Assembly: GCA_018992565.1 (NCBI GenBank)
Contig: JACVGW010000007.1
Location: 1 to 61,907, forward strand
Source of the DNA: Theionarchaea archaeon
GTDB taxonomy: Archaea > Methanobacteriota_B > Thermococci > Methanofastidiosales > SZ-28-30
Length of the DNA: 61,907 nt
Direction: 5' to 3'
A model generated the notes under the pieces. It was not told where the DNA came from and ran no database searches. It was given only the letters and a program-made list of their open reading frames with translations. The translations under genes were made by a program, and so were the position numbers. Positions 17,965 through 26,718 of this stretch are shown here, in pieces (within the stretch, counting starts at the first letter, position 1; each line of letters opens with the position of its first letter).

Positions 17965-19989
17965 TCATTCTGGCTTTCTGTGAAGGACATGAACCAGAGT
18001 TTCCTTCAGTTCCTCAATGGTATAGGGCTTGGTAACCACACCAGAGAATCCATACTCTCTGTAATTGGCCATGACAGGATCGTCAGAATACCCACTTGAT
18101 ACAATAGCTTTCACATCAGGATCGATTTCCAGCAGGTGCTTGATGGTCTCCTTACCACTCATCTTACCTTTAATGGTGAGATCAATGATGACTGCATCAA
18201 AAGCCTGAGGCTTCCCTTTGGCTTTCTCATACAGCTTGACAGCATCCACTCCATCTCTGACCACATCACATTCGTACCCGAGAAAGGCGAGAACTTCACT
18301 GGTTGCTTCCAGGATGCATTCTTCATCATCCATGAGCAAAATTTTCCCTTTCCCTTCCGATCTCCTGGCAGGTGCCACCTCTCTCTGGGGAGCTTCTCTA
18401 TCAGAGGCCGGCAGATAAATGCAGAAGGTTGTACCCCTTCCCAGCCTGCTGGAGACGGTAATCCATCCTTCATGGTTCTTTATTATGGAGTAACTGGTGG
18501 CCAGTCCCAGGCCACTCCCTTTCTGCTTGGTGGAAAAATAGGGTTCAAATATCCGCTGCAGATGATCCTCAGGTATGCCGATGCCTTCATCTTGGATGCT
18601 TATCTTAACGTACGGTCCTTCCCTGATGGGGAGTCCTTCTTTCAAGTTGACTTCTACATTTTCTGCCCGGATAATAATGACACCTCCCGCGGGCATGGCT
18701 TGATCTGCATTGATGATAAGGTTGTTAATGACCTGGCTGATCTGACCCGCATCTACCTCTGCAGACTTCAAGTTCTCTGCAATGCGAAATTCGCATCGCG
18801 CTTTGGAGCCGGAAAGCGCAAATTCAGCGGTAGCCTTCAGCAATTCGGATAAGGAAGCAGGCTTTCTCACCGGTGCACCTCCCTTGGAGAAGGTCAGAAG
18901 CTGCTGGGTCAGGCTCTTCGCTCTGAGGGATGCCTTCTCGGCCTCGGTGAGCAATCTGAAGATCTCACTGTCAGGCAGAGTCTGCATCTTCGCAATAGTG
19001 ACATTGCCCAGGATTGCAGTGAGGATGTTGTTGAAATCGTGAGCTATTCCTCCAGCCAGAATACTGACAGATTCCATTTTCTCCCTCTCTAACCTGAGGA
19101 TATTGCTTTCCATTTTTCTCTTTTCAGTGACATCACGAAATACGAGAACAGTTCCCAATATGGTATTCTCCTCATCACGAATGGGGGCTCCGCTGTCTGC
19201 AATCATACGTTCTGTGCCATTCCTGGCGATCAAGACAGTGCTATTGGCAAGCCCCACCACTTTGCCAGTTTTCATAATCTTCTCGAAAGGGTTTGAGCAG
19301 TGTTCTCGGGTTTCTTCATTCACAATGAAGAACACTTCTGCCAGAGGCTTTCCTTTGGCTTCTTCTTCCTTCCAGCAGGTGAGCTGCTCAGCTACATTGT
19401 TCATAAAGGTTATGTATCCCTTGGTGTCTGTGGCAATGACACCATCGCCAATGCTCTTCAACGTGGTGGCCAACCATTGCTCGCTCTCTCTGAGGCTCTG
19501 CTCCAGAGCCAGGATGATCTTCTCCTGGGCATCCAGAATACGGTCTCTACAGGCAGCAAGAAACCCCTCCACAAATAGAGAACAATAGCGAGTTATGGCT
19601 CGTGCTGCCACTTCTGCAACCTGGCACTGCTGGTTCTGATATTCCTCTCTCACAAGGGGAAGACACGTATCCTGCAGAGCAGAAAGAAGGTCTACCGCCG
19701 ATCTATCTCCTAGCCCAAGATGTGCAAACTGTGCTCCCTGTTGGGAGACGTTGCTGGGTTCTGAGTACATCTGACCAGAATGCAGAGCCGTCAGCAGCCC
19801 TCTGACATTGACGAGACTGATATTCAAGAGCTCTTCCTGAGAGAAAATGTGTTCATGGTAGACTGCCGTGTGTTCCAGCACCTTTTCCAGAGCGGCAGCG
19901 ATACGGCTCTCATGAGTGTACAGTGCCTGCGCAGCACGAGAGAGCAGTTCCAGTTCTTCAACAGACAAGTCGTAGCAATATCCCGGCAT
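17965..19989 (-). CDS. Hybrid sensor histidine kinase (PAS - HisKA - HATPase - receiver)
   Basis: PAS (SIGDGVIATDTKGYITFMN), H-box HDFNNILTAILG, N/G boxes NLIINADQAM, DEGIGI, GSGLGL. Receiver KILLMDDEE...VIIDLTIKG. ATG 19989 with a GAGGT upstream is preferred over TTG 20016. Confidence 0.9.
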   Translation of the reverse strand: MPGYCYDLSVEELELLSRAAQALYTHESRIAAALEKVLEHTAVYHEHIFSQEELLNISLVNVRGLLTALHSGQMYSEPSNVSQQGAQFAHLGLGDRSAVDLLSALQDTCLPLVREEYQNQQCQVAEVAARAITRYCSLFVEGFLAACRDRILDAQEKIILALEQSLRESEQWLATTLKSIGDGVIATDTKGYITFMNNVAEQLTCWKEEEAKGKPLAEVFFIVNEETREHCSNPFEKIMKTGKVVGLANSTVLIARNGTERMIADSGAPIRDEENTILGTVLVFRDVTEKRKMESNILRLEREKMESVSILAGGIAHDFNNILTAILGNVTIAKMQTLPDSEIFRLLTEAEKASLRAKSLTQQLLTFSKGGAPVRKPASLSELLKATAEFALSGSKARCEFRIAENLKSAEVDAGQISQVINNLIINADQAMPAGGVIIIRAENVEVNLKEGLPIREGPYVKISIQDEGIGIPEDHLQRIFEPYFSTKQKGSGLGLATSYSIIKNHEGWITVSSRLGRGTTFCIYLPASDREAPQREVAPARRSEGKGKILLMDDEECILEATSEVLAFLGYECDVVRDGVDAVKLYEKAKGKPQAFDAVIIDLTIKGKMSGKETIKHLLEIDPDVKAIVSSGYSDDPVMANYREYGFSGVVTKPYTIEELKETLVHVLHRKPE

Positions 19990-19999
19990 GTCATCTACC

Positions 20000-20776
20000 T
20001 CATTTGTAAGCAACAAACGTGAAACTGAGTTCGCTTATGTCTTTATTTACTTCAGGTGAATCATCGGGAAGTCCCCAGTAGAATCCTCTGGCCAACCCCT
20101 CCTGAGTGAGCTTCCATGGTTTGATGATGTCAATGGTCTTTTCCTCAGAACGTGCATAGAACCGTAGATCCATTTTTCGGGAAGCCTCATCCACTCCTTC
20201 CATCTCACTGACTCTGAGACCAGCGCTGGATACTGCAATGTAACTGCCTTTTTCCACCCAATCATACATGATGTCAAAGAAGCGCTCCAGGGGTTCATCA
20301 GGAATATACAGAAAGACGCCTACAAAGCCGATGCCTATCCGACGGCTATCTCCGAATAGTTCAGTAATGACAGGAGAATCAAGGAGTGCATGAGGTTCCT
20401 CAGCATCGCAGTATATATATCGGACTTTGGGATTATCTCCCAGTATTTCCTGGCCAAAGGCCACAGCAATGGGGTCTCTATCAGAGTAAATGACTCTTGC
20501 TTCGGGATTGATTTTCTGAACAAGTTCATGCACATTTCCTCTGGTGGGAAGCCCTGACCCGAAATCCAGGACATTCCTCAGATTCTTCTCCCTGACCATG
20601 TAGGTTACTGCTCGTTGAAGAAACCGTCTCTGTGCGCGCATGGACTCCTCATACTGGGGGTACAGGGTTCTGGCCAGTCTCACCGCAGTCCTGTCTATGG
20701 CAAAATTGTGGGCACCACCCATAATATAGTCCCACATGCGAGCTGAGTTTGGCTTTATCTTAGTCATTATTTCCAT
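20000..20776 (-). CDS. SAM-dependent methyltransferase, DUF574/Methyltransf_19-like
   Basis: ARMWDYIMGGAHNFAIDR...LQRAVTYMV...VLDFGSGLPT...VIYSDRDP. ATG 20776 lies behind GAGGGA. The track ORF N-terminus (27 aa, MWCWNVPFF...) is unlikely to be real. Confidence 0.8.
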   Translation of the reverse strand: MEIMTKIKPNSARMWDYIMGGAHNFAIDRTAVRLARTLYPQYEESMRAQRRFLQRAVTYMVREKNLRNVLDFGSGLPTRGNVHELVQKINPEARVIYSDRDPIAVAFGQEILGDNPKVRYIYCDAEEPHALLDSPVITELFGDSRRIGIGFVGVFLYIPDEPLERFFDIMYDWVEKGSYIAVSSAGLRVSEMEGVDEASRKMDLRFYARSEEKTIDIIKPWKLTQEGLARGFYWGLPDDSPEVNKDISELSFTFVAYK

Positions 20777-21128
20777 TGAAATCCCTCTCTCTGTACAGGC
20801 TGGAAACCTGAGGCTAGCGTAACAACATGCAAAGAAGGGCACATTCCAGCACCACATGCACGAAACCTTCTCTTTTCTATTCCCACAGAATAACCCGCCT
20901 CTGTACCTTTCATTGCATCACCGTGTGCAACAGCTATGCTTATGGTACTGTAACTGAGAGTAATTTAAAAATGTTTTCATTCATACTGAGATATTCACAA
21001 AAGGAGAAAATTATCGAAAGCTAGCACGTAGAGATAATCTGAGGTTAACTCTGCGGCTGCTTGTGTTTTCTTCTAATACATTCGCAGGCAGCTCAGGGTT
21101 GCCACATCACTGTTAGAAAGAATTTAAA

Positions 21129-21893
21129 TTGGCAGAGACGATACGGGTGGGTATGAGTCCTCTCTGCCGGGATGAAATTGATGGCATGGCTCACCTGGTC
21201 TTTGAAGCCTGCACCCATGAGGAATATGAAGCTGCTCTTCATGCTCTCAGGCCTATTCTGGATAGGAAATGCCATTTTTCAACCCTTGACCTGCTGGGAA
21301 AACGGATTGGCCAGATGGGTGTTGATGAACACGAAACGTTCTTCAAGGCATTTGACAAAATCATCCAGTATAATGCCATGGGCAGTTACGTCATTGTGAG
21401 CCAGGCTTTAATCTGGTTTTTGCCTTCACATCTGGAATTCGTCATGAGAAAGAGCAGGGAATACATTATTACGGGAGATGTATGGTATGTATGTGACATA
21501 ATAGGGGAACGCAGCCTGGGCTATGCTGTTGTGGACAACTTTGATGAGATGCTTCCGTGGCTGGAGAGGTTCCTTGATGATGAAAATAGATGGGTGAGGC
21601 GAAGTGCAGGAGTGGCCATCCATTTCTTCAGCAAACGCGTAGTGGATCAACCAGGTAAGACCACAAAACTGCTCCATGTGCTTGCACCTCATCTCGCCGA
21701 GAAGCGTATCGAGGCGGTCAAGGGTATCGGGTGGGGACTGAAGACTATAGGAAAACACCATCCTGATCTACTGGTCACCTTTCTAGCATCGCAGAGTGAA
21801 AAGAAAAGGAAGATATCACGGTTACTCATCAGGAAAGCTGTCACGTACTTGGAAGAAGAAAAGAAAAAAGAAGTTGAAGCCCTTTTTCTATAA
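21129..21893 (+). CDS. HEAT-repeat protein, DNA alkylation repair (AlkD-like) family candidate
   Basis: DDENRWVRRSAGVAIHFF, EAVKGIGWGLKTIGKHHPD, all-helical composition. The start is ambiguous (TTG 21129 or ATG 21153). Confidence 0.6.
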   Translation: MAETIRVGMSPLCRDEIDGMAHLVFEACTHEEYEAALHALRPILDRKCHFSTLDLLGKRIGQMGVDEHETFFKAFDKIIQYNAMGSYVIVSQALIWFLPSHLEFVMRKSREYIITGDVWYVCDIIGERSLGYAVVDNFDEMLPWLERFLDDENRWVRRSAGVAIHFFSKRVVDQPGKTTKLLHVLAPHLAEKRIEAVKGIGWGLKTIGKHHPDLLVTFLASQSEKKRKISRLLIRKAVTYLEEEKKKEVEALFL

Positions 21894-22028
21894 TCTACTT
21901 CCCTAGAAAGAGATTGCTTCTCGGAAGAGACTCGATTTTTGGTTTGAGAAGATGCACCACTCATCACAAATGAGAGAACGATTCCTGCAGAGAGCGCGGT
22001 TCAGTCAGTCATGTACGAAATGGATACA

Positions 22029-22418
22029 TCATCTCTTCAACCTCAAATCCTCCAGCGGGACCTGGTCGTATGACTTCCCTTCACCTAGCACCTGGTGGAC
22101 AATAAGCATCAGTCGGCTGATTGGAATGGTTTGTGGACACTTGTCCTCGCACTCTTTGCACTGAACACAGACTGTTGCCTGCCCTCTTTCGCAGTGGTAG
22201 TCTCCCTCCAGCCCGTCCTTCATGAATCGATACCAGAAACGGGCCCTTGGGGACTCTCTCTTTCATACATCATGCCATGATCACTAGCGCAGTGGATCAT
22301 CCGGGTTGCCTCAGGTTCATGTACACGCATACTCCCCTTCCAGATAGGGGAGTCTCATACATCCAAACCCGAGAGCTGACACTTTCCAGTCCAACCTACC
22401 GAACGTGCGATACTGCAA
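22029..22418 (-). pseudogene. Decayed Fe-S aldo/keto reductase paralog (N- and C-terminal remnants only)
   Basis: The N-terminal remnant (M)QYRTFGRLDWKVSALGFGCMRLP stops after 33 codons. In another frame is the C-terminal remnant FWYRFMKDGLEGDYHCERGQATVCVQCKECEDKCPQTIPISRLM. Both match the ends of the intact paralogs at 22994..24052 and 24325..25476, and about 250 aa of the TIM barrel is missing. Confidence 0.6.
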
Positions 22419-22431
22419 AAGAATGCCCTCC

Positions 22432-22977
22432 CTACCACCACTTCTTCTGCAATGACATGGCAAGGATTTCTCTGATCTCAAGCCTCTTCGTCTCATCGCT
22501 ACAGAATGCATCCTTGGTTGTCGTTGCTCTTGCAACTACCGCTGTGTCTTCCCCTCTTGCAGTTCCACCCACGCCCACAACGTCTTCATACAGGGGGACT
22601 TCTCCTTTGTCGGAAGCAATAAGGATGACCTCAACTGCAACCTTTAATCCCTGACCGAAAGTCCGAAAAGTCTCTCGAATGGGGTCCATTCCTTCCGTGT
22701 GCAGAGGCAAATGAGTTTTTTCCAGAGGAATGCCACCAGATTCAACAATATGTTGCTTGTATGAAGGATTCATCTTTTCGTATGAGACGACGACAACAGT
22801 TGCGGCATCTCTGAGTTTCTCTGAGAATGCTGCCCCGGTCTCTCCAGAAGTGCTGGCAACCACGACTGTCTTCAAGTCTCTTTCTGTTACCCGATTTCTG
22901 ACGATTCTAAGAACATCATCGGTATTCTGTGCACCATAATCCGGAAAATACCCAACCTCTCTCTCAATCATATTCAT
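22432..22977 (-). CDS. Pyruvate kinase C-terminal (alpha/beta) domain-like protein
   Basis: 181 aa with TVVVASTSGETGAAF, VVVVSY, GVGGTARGEDTAVV, a pattern I recognise from stand-alone PK_C-like archaeal proteins. Confidence 0.6.
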   Translation of the reverse strand: MNMIEREVGYFPDYGAQNTDDVLRIVRNRVTERDLKTVVVASTSGETGAAFSEKLRDAATVVVVSYEKMNPSYKQHIVESGGIPLEKTHLPLHTEGMDPIRETFRTFGQGLKVAVEVILIASDKGEVPLYEDVVGVGGTARGEDTAVVARATTTKDAFCSDETKRLEIREILAMSLQKKWW

Positions 22978-22993
22978 TTTCCAACCTCCTTGC

Positions 22994-24052
22994 TCACGTA
23001 CTCGCTTTCTCCATACTTCTCTTATACTCTCTCACCTTTTGCTCGTAGAAAGTAAGACTTTCCTCAATCATGTCTCGAATAGGCAGTTGATATGGGCATT
23101 TCTTTTCACATTCGCCACACTTGATGCAGTTCTTTGCGCTCTCTACCGAGTGCTTGACATAATCCCAGTTGAAAAACCAGTCAGGCGGCCACAGCTCCCA
23201 GAGAATCGGCAAATATACAACACCGCAAATGAAGACCTCCTGAGGACATGGCATGCAGTAGGTGCATTGTCGACAGAACCTGGTCCCCACTTTTTCACGG
23301 ATGGTTCGTATCCTGTCCATATCCTGAGATGATAACCCCCAGGACTCACTGTTTACAATATCAACAATTTCCTCAATTTCCTCAACACTTTGAACTCCAG
23401 GGTCTGGAACAACGCTGTCAAACTGAAGCAAGTACTTGATGGCAAGGTTGGCGTCTCGTATCCTCCCCCCCGCAAAGGGCTTCATTGCGATAAACCCCAT
23501 GTCGAGGCTTCGAGCGAGCGGAACCAGGTCTGCAGCAGCTTCATCTGAGACGAAATTGAGAGGAAATTGAACAGTCTCGAACCACCCAGAAGCTACCACT
23601 TTCAGAGCCATGTCTATATTATGACTGCTGAATCCAATATGTCTGATTTTGCCCTTCCTCAATGCTTCCTGTGCCCCTTCCATCGCTCCCCCCGGTCCAA
23701 GCACTCTTTCCAGTGTTTCAACAGTGTTGATACCGTGGATTTGCCAGATATCAATGTAATCAGTGCAGAGCCTCTTGAGGCTCAGTTCCAGATGCTGCAG
23801 GGCTGTGTCTCTATCACGTCCCCCTGTTTTGGTCGCTATGACGACCTCTTCTCGACGTCCTGATACTGCCTTCCCAATGCGTTCCTCGCTCTTCCCATAT
23901 CCAATGGCTGTGTCAATGAAATTAATTCCCAGGTCCAGGGCACGCTGTACTACAGCAATTGCTTCCTTTTCAGAAGGACGATTCAGAGGGATACCTCCTA
24001 TCCCTATTCGAGAGACTTCAAGACCAGTTTTTCCCAAGATAACGGTTTTCAT
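22994..24052 (-). CDS. Aldo/keto reductase with C-terminal 4Fe-4S ferredoxin-like domain
   Basis: LGKTGLEVSRIGIGGIPL, IDTAIGYG, GFSSH. C-terminal Cys clusters CRQCTYCMPCP and CIKCGECEKKCP. Confidence 0.9.
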   Translation of the reverse strand: MKTVILGKTGLEVSRIGIGGIPLNRPSEKEAIAVVQRALDLGINFIDTAIGYGKSEERIGKAVSGRREEVVIATKTGGRDRDTALQHLELSLKRLCTDYIDIWQIHGINTVETLERVLGPGGAMEGAQEALRKGKIRHIGFSSHNIDMALKVVASGWFETVQFPLNFVSDEAAADLVPLARSLDMGFIAMKPFAGGRIRDANLAIKYLLQFDSVVPDPGVQSVEEIEEIVDIVNSESWGLSSQDMDRIRTIREKVGTRFCRQCTYCMPCPQEVFICGVVYLPILWELWPPDWFFNWDYVKHSVESAKNCIKCGECEKKCPYQLPIRDMIEESLTFYEQKVREYKRSMEKAST

Positions 24053-24324
24053 GTAACGTCCCTTCTTTAACCTTATTCTTCAACCGATGGATCGTAAGGA
24101 GTCCCGCTCTTGACATCAATTTCCCGATAATCCCTTTCACCTCTTTGATTTCTTCTCTGAACCTTTGGTTGTGAAGTTTCCCAACAACATCAATGTACAC
24201 AACCGGAGCTCCTGAGACACGTGTCTCCTCCCTATCACATGTGCCTTTTTTGTTCCTATCAGCTCTCTGCGAGGTGGTTTATATGCCTTTAGGCACCTTA
24301 AAGGAAATTACTTTTTTAACCCGT

Positions 24325-25476
24325 TCACACACCCGTACTGAGAATCTGATGTGCTTTTTTCAGTTGTTCTGCAATGGGAATCTTCTGAGGACACTTCTTT
24401 TCACATTCGCCGCACTCAACGCACGCAGTGGCGTCTTTTCCGGGAGGGTAGTATTCCTCTACATTCCCTATGTTCTTGTAATACAGACGAGCTCTCTCCT
24501 TCTGATTATAGACCTGATAGTACGTGAGTGCTGTGAAAATAAATGGAATATTAACTTCATTTGGACAGGGCATGCAGTACTCGCAGGCCGTGCAGATGTT
24601 GTCTGTCAGTTCTTTGAATTTTCTCCTAATGTCCTGAGCTGTTTCCATCTCCTCCTCACTGAGAGTGTAGGTGTCATCTGAAGCAATAAGCAGGTTGTCA
24701 TCAACCATCTGTTCAGACCCCATTCCAGAAAGAGCAACAGAAACACTGGGGTTGGTCCACACATATTTCAATGCCATATCCACAAAATTCCTCCTGCCTC
24801 TGTTCAGCCACTGATGCATTTCTACTGGAGGTTCTCCTGCAAGGCGCCCACCTGCCACTGGCCCCATGATTGCTACACCAAGGCCCTTCTCTGCAGCGTA
24901 GGAGACCATCTCTTCGTTGGCAGGGTTTAAGATGTTGTACTGAACAAGCATGACTCTGAAAGCATTGGAGTCAATAATTTCTTTCAGCACATCAGGACTG
25001 TCGTGGAAAGAGAATCCCAAATAGCGAATCTTTCCTTCATCTCTTGCTTTCTCTGCTCTTTCAATAAGATCAAATCCAAGGACCTTCTCCTTCCATGATG
25101 TTCGGTCGAGAGAATGCAGCAGGTATATGTCAATGTGGTCCACGTCCAACTTCTTGAGCTGAAGGTTCAGATAGTCCTCAAAATGCTCAGGTTTATTAAA
25201 ATCGTCCTTCCACACGGGGGATTTAGTTGCCAGCGTTACTCTATCCCGGTATCCGTTCTTGAGTGCCTTGCCCACCACTATTTCGCTCTCGCCCATGTGA
25301 TAGGGTTCTGCTGTATCAACGTAAGTTATCCCACTGTCGATTCCTTTCCTAATAATCTTGATTGCCTCTTTTTCTGCAATTCTTGCCTTGTCCCAGGCCA
25401 CAGTGGGCAACCGCATACATCCAAATCCCAAAATGGATGTCTTTATCCCTGTGTTTCCCAACATTCTATAATGCAT
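24325..25476 (-). CDS. Aldo/keto reductase with C-terminal 4Fe-4S ferredoxin-like domain (paralog)
   Basis: MHYRMLGNTGIKTSILGFGCMRLP, VDTAEPYH, LGFSFH. C-terminal CTACEYCMPCP and CVECGECEKKCP. Confidence 0.9.
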   Translation of the reverse strand: MHYRMLGNTGIKTSILGFGCMRLPTVAWDKARIAEKEAIKIIRKGIDSGITYVDTAEPYHMGESEIVVGKALKNGYRDRVTLATKSPVWKDDFNKPEHFEDYLNLQLKKLDVDHIDIYLLHSLDRTSWKEKVLGFDLIERAEKARDEGKIRYLGFSFHDSPDVLKEIIDSNAFRVMLVQYNILNPANEEMVSYAAEKGLGVAIMGPVAGGRLAGEPPVEMHQWLNRGRRNFVDMALKYVWTNPSVSVALSGMGSEQMVDDNLLIASDDTYTLSEEEMETAQDIRRKFKELTDNICTACEYCMPCPNEVNIPFIFTALTYYQVYNQKERARLYYKNIGNVEEYYPPGKDATACVECGECEKKCPQKIPIAEQLKKAHQILSTGV

Positions 25477-25480
25477 GGTA

Positions 25481-26026
25481 TCACTTCCTCGTAATGGATT
25501 CCTGCCCTATCTGACGTGCTCTTTCTACCAGATGAGGGTTACCGTTTATTCCTCCCGGTGCAAGCACCGTGGCAGCATGTTCAATAGTAAGATATTCAAG
25601 AACACTCGTCAAGATCCCAACTGTATACTTGGCATAACTTTCACTGCCGCCCAGAGAAATCACCAGTATCGCCTTTTTCCCTTGGAAAATTGCCTTATCA
25701 GCACCATACCATCGATCCATGAATGCTTTGAACTGTGCTGAAGGCCCCCACCAGTATACTGGAGTACCCAGAACCCAGACTGTACTCTGCTGCATCTTCT
25801 TCAGAACCATGAGCATATCGTCCTGTTGCACACACTCACGCTTCGTGTGACAGACATTGCAGGCTCTACAGGGCAAAATCCTCAATTCATTGAGAATGAT
25901 TTTCTCAGATACTGCGCCAGCTTCCTCTGTGCCCTCAAGAACTGCATCCACCAGAATATCAGTATTTCCTTTGAGACGTGGGCTTCCCACAATTCCCAGA
26001 GCTCTGACTCCTCCTTCCTTAGACAT
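25481..26026 (-). CDS. isf: Iron-sulfur flavoprotein / NADPH-dependent FMN reductase-like protein
   Basis: ALGIVGSPRLKGNT flavodoxin-like start, compact Cys motif CRACNVCHTKRECV (CX2CX2CX5C), GTPVYWWGPSAQFK. ATG 26026 lies behind GAAGGTGA; a longer start at 26101 is possible. Confidence 0.8.
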   Translation of the reverse strand: MSKEGGVRALGIVGSPRLKGNTDILVDAVLEGTEEAGAVSEKIILNELRILPCRACNVCHTKRECVQQDDMLMVLKKMQQSTVWVLGTPVYWWGPSAQFKAFMDRWYGADKAIFQGKKAILVISLGGSESYAKYTVGILTSVLEYLTIEHAATVLAPGGINGNPHLVERARQIGQESITRK

Positions 26027-26150
26027 GATGTCACCTTCATTTATACAATCTGACAAAATGGGCAGATTAACCGTGAGACACAATCCATCCATTTTTTGCA
26101 TCTCATGAGAGTTTTATCCCACATGTTACCTATTTACATGGTATGTTAAT

Positions 26151-26180
26151 TTCACATACGTATGTGAACGTTTATAAATA
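26151..26180. promoter_or_regulatory. Perfect 18-bp palindrome TTCACATACGTATGTGAA abutting a palindromic TATA element (tttataaata)
   Basis: Read directly from the sequence at 26151-26168 and 26171-26180. It lies upstream of the minus-strand isf-AKR operon. Two further direct ATGTGAA half-sites sit at 26197-26209. Confidence 0.4.
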
Positions 26181-26718
26181 TTTCTGTTTGCTTCTTATGT
26201 GAATGTGAATCAGTCTCAAAGAAGTCATGATAAGGCGGGTATCTGGGATGGCATAGAGTCTGCATCCAAAGCTGATAGAAAAATGTTCTTGTGAGCTATT
26301 ACTACAAAAGAATCTCAATATGATCTGAGATTATAACAAATCAGTCGAAGGGTTTATATAAAGAGAACGTAGATGTCGATGGGGTGAAGCATGTACGGAA
26401 AAAGAATAGGAGGTGTATGACACGAATAAGAGATCGAAATACAAGACAGACAGGTCACCTGCAGGAGATTCCGAGCCCTTGCCGAATCAATATGTTCTCT
26501 TCCCTTAAGATGCATGGTTGTACTGGGCAGAAAGTCACCTGAAAAATGGACATTGCGCTGGAAGTGAAAAGAGTGTCATTCTCTCATTTCTTCCTTAGTG
26601 TTAAAGAGAAAATCGAGGAGGACAATATCCTCAGTGAAATCCTTAAATAGGATTCGCTCCTAGGATAGTCCAACTCAATCCAAACAATGATTGACCCAAA
26701 AGAGAATGGAGGTACCTC

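Noticed and set aside
26417-26542. 41-aa ORF MTRIRDRNTRQTGHLQEIPSPCRINMFSSLKMHGCTGQKVT behind aggaggtgt
   Set aside because: The SD-to-ATG spacing is only about 2 nt. The composition is basic and low-complexity, and there is no supporting context.
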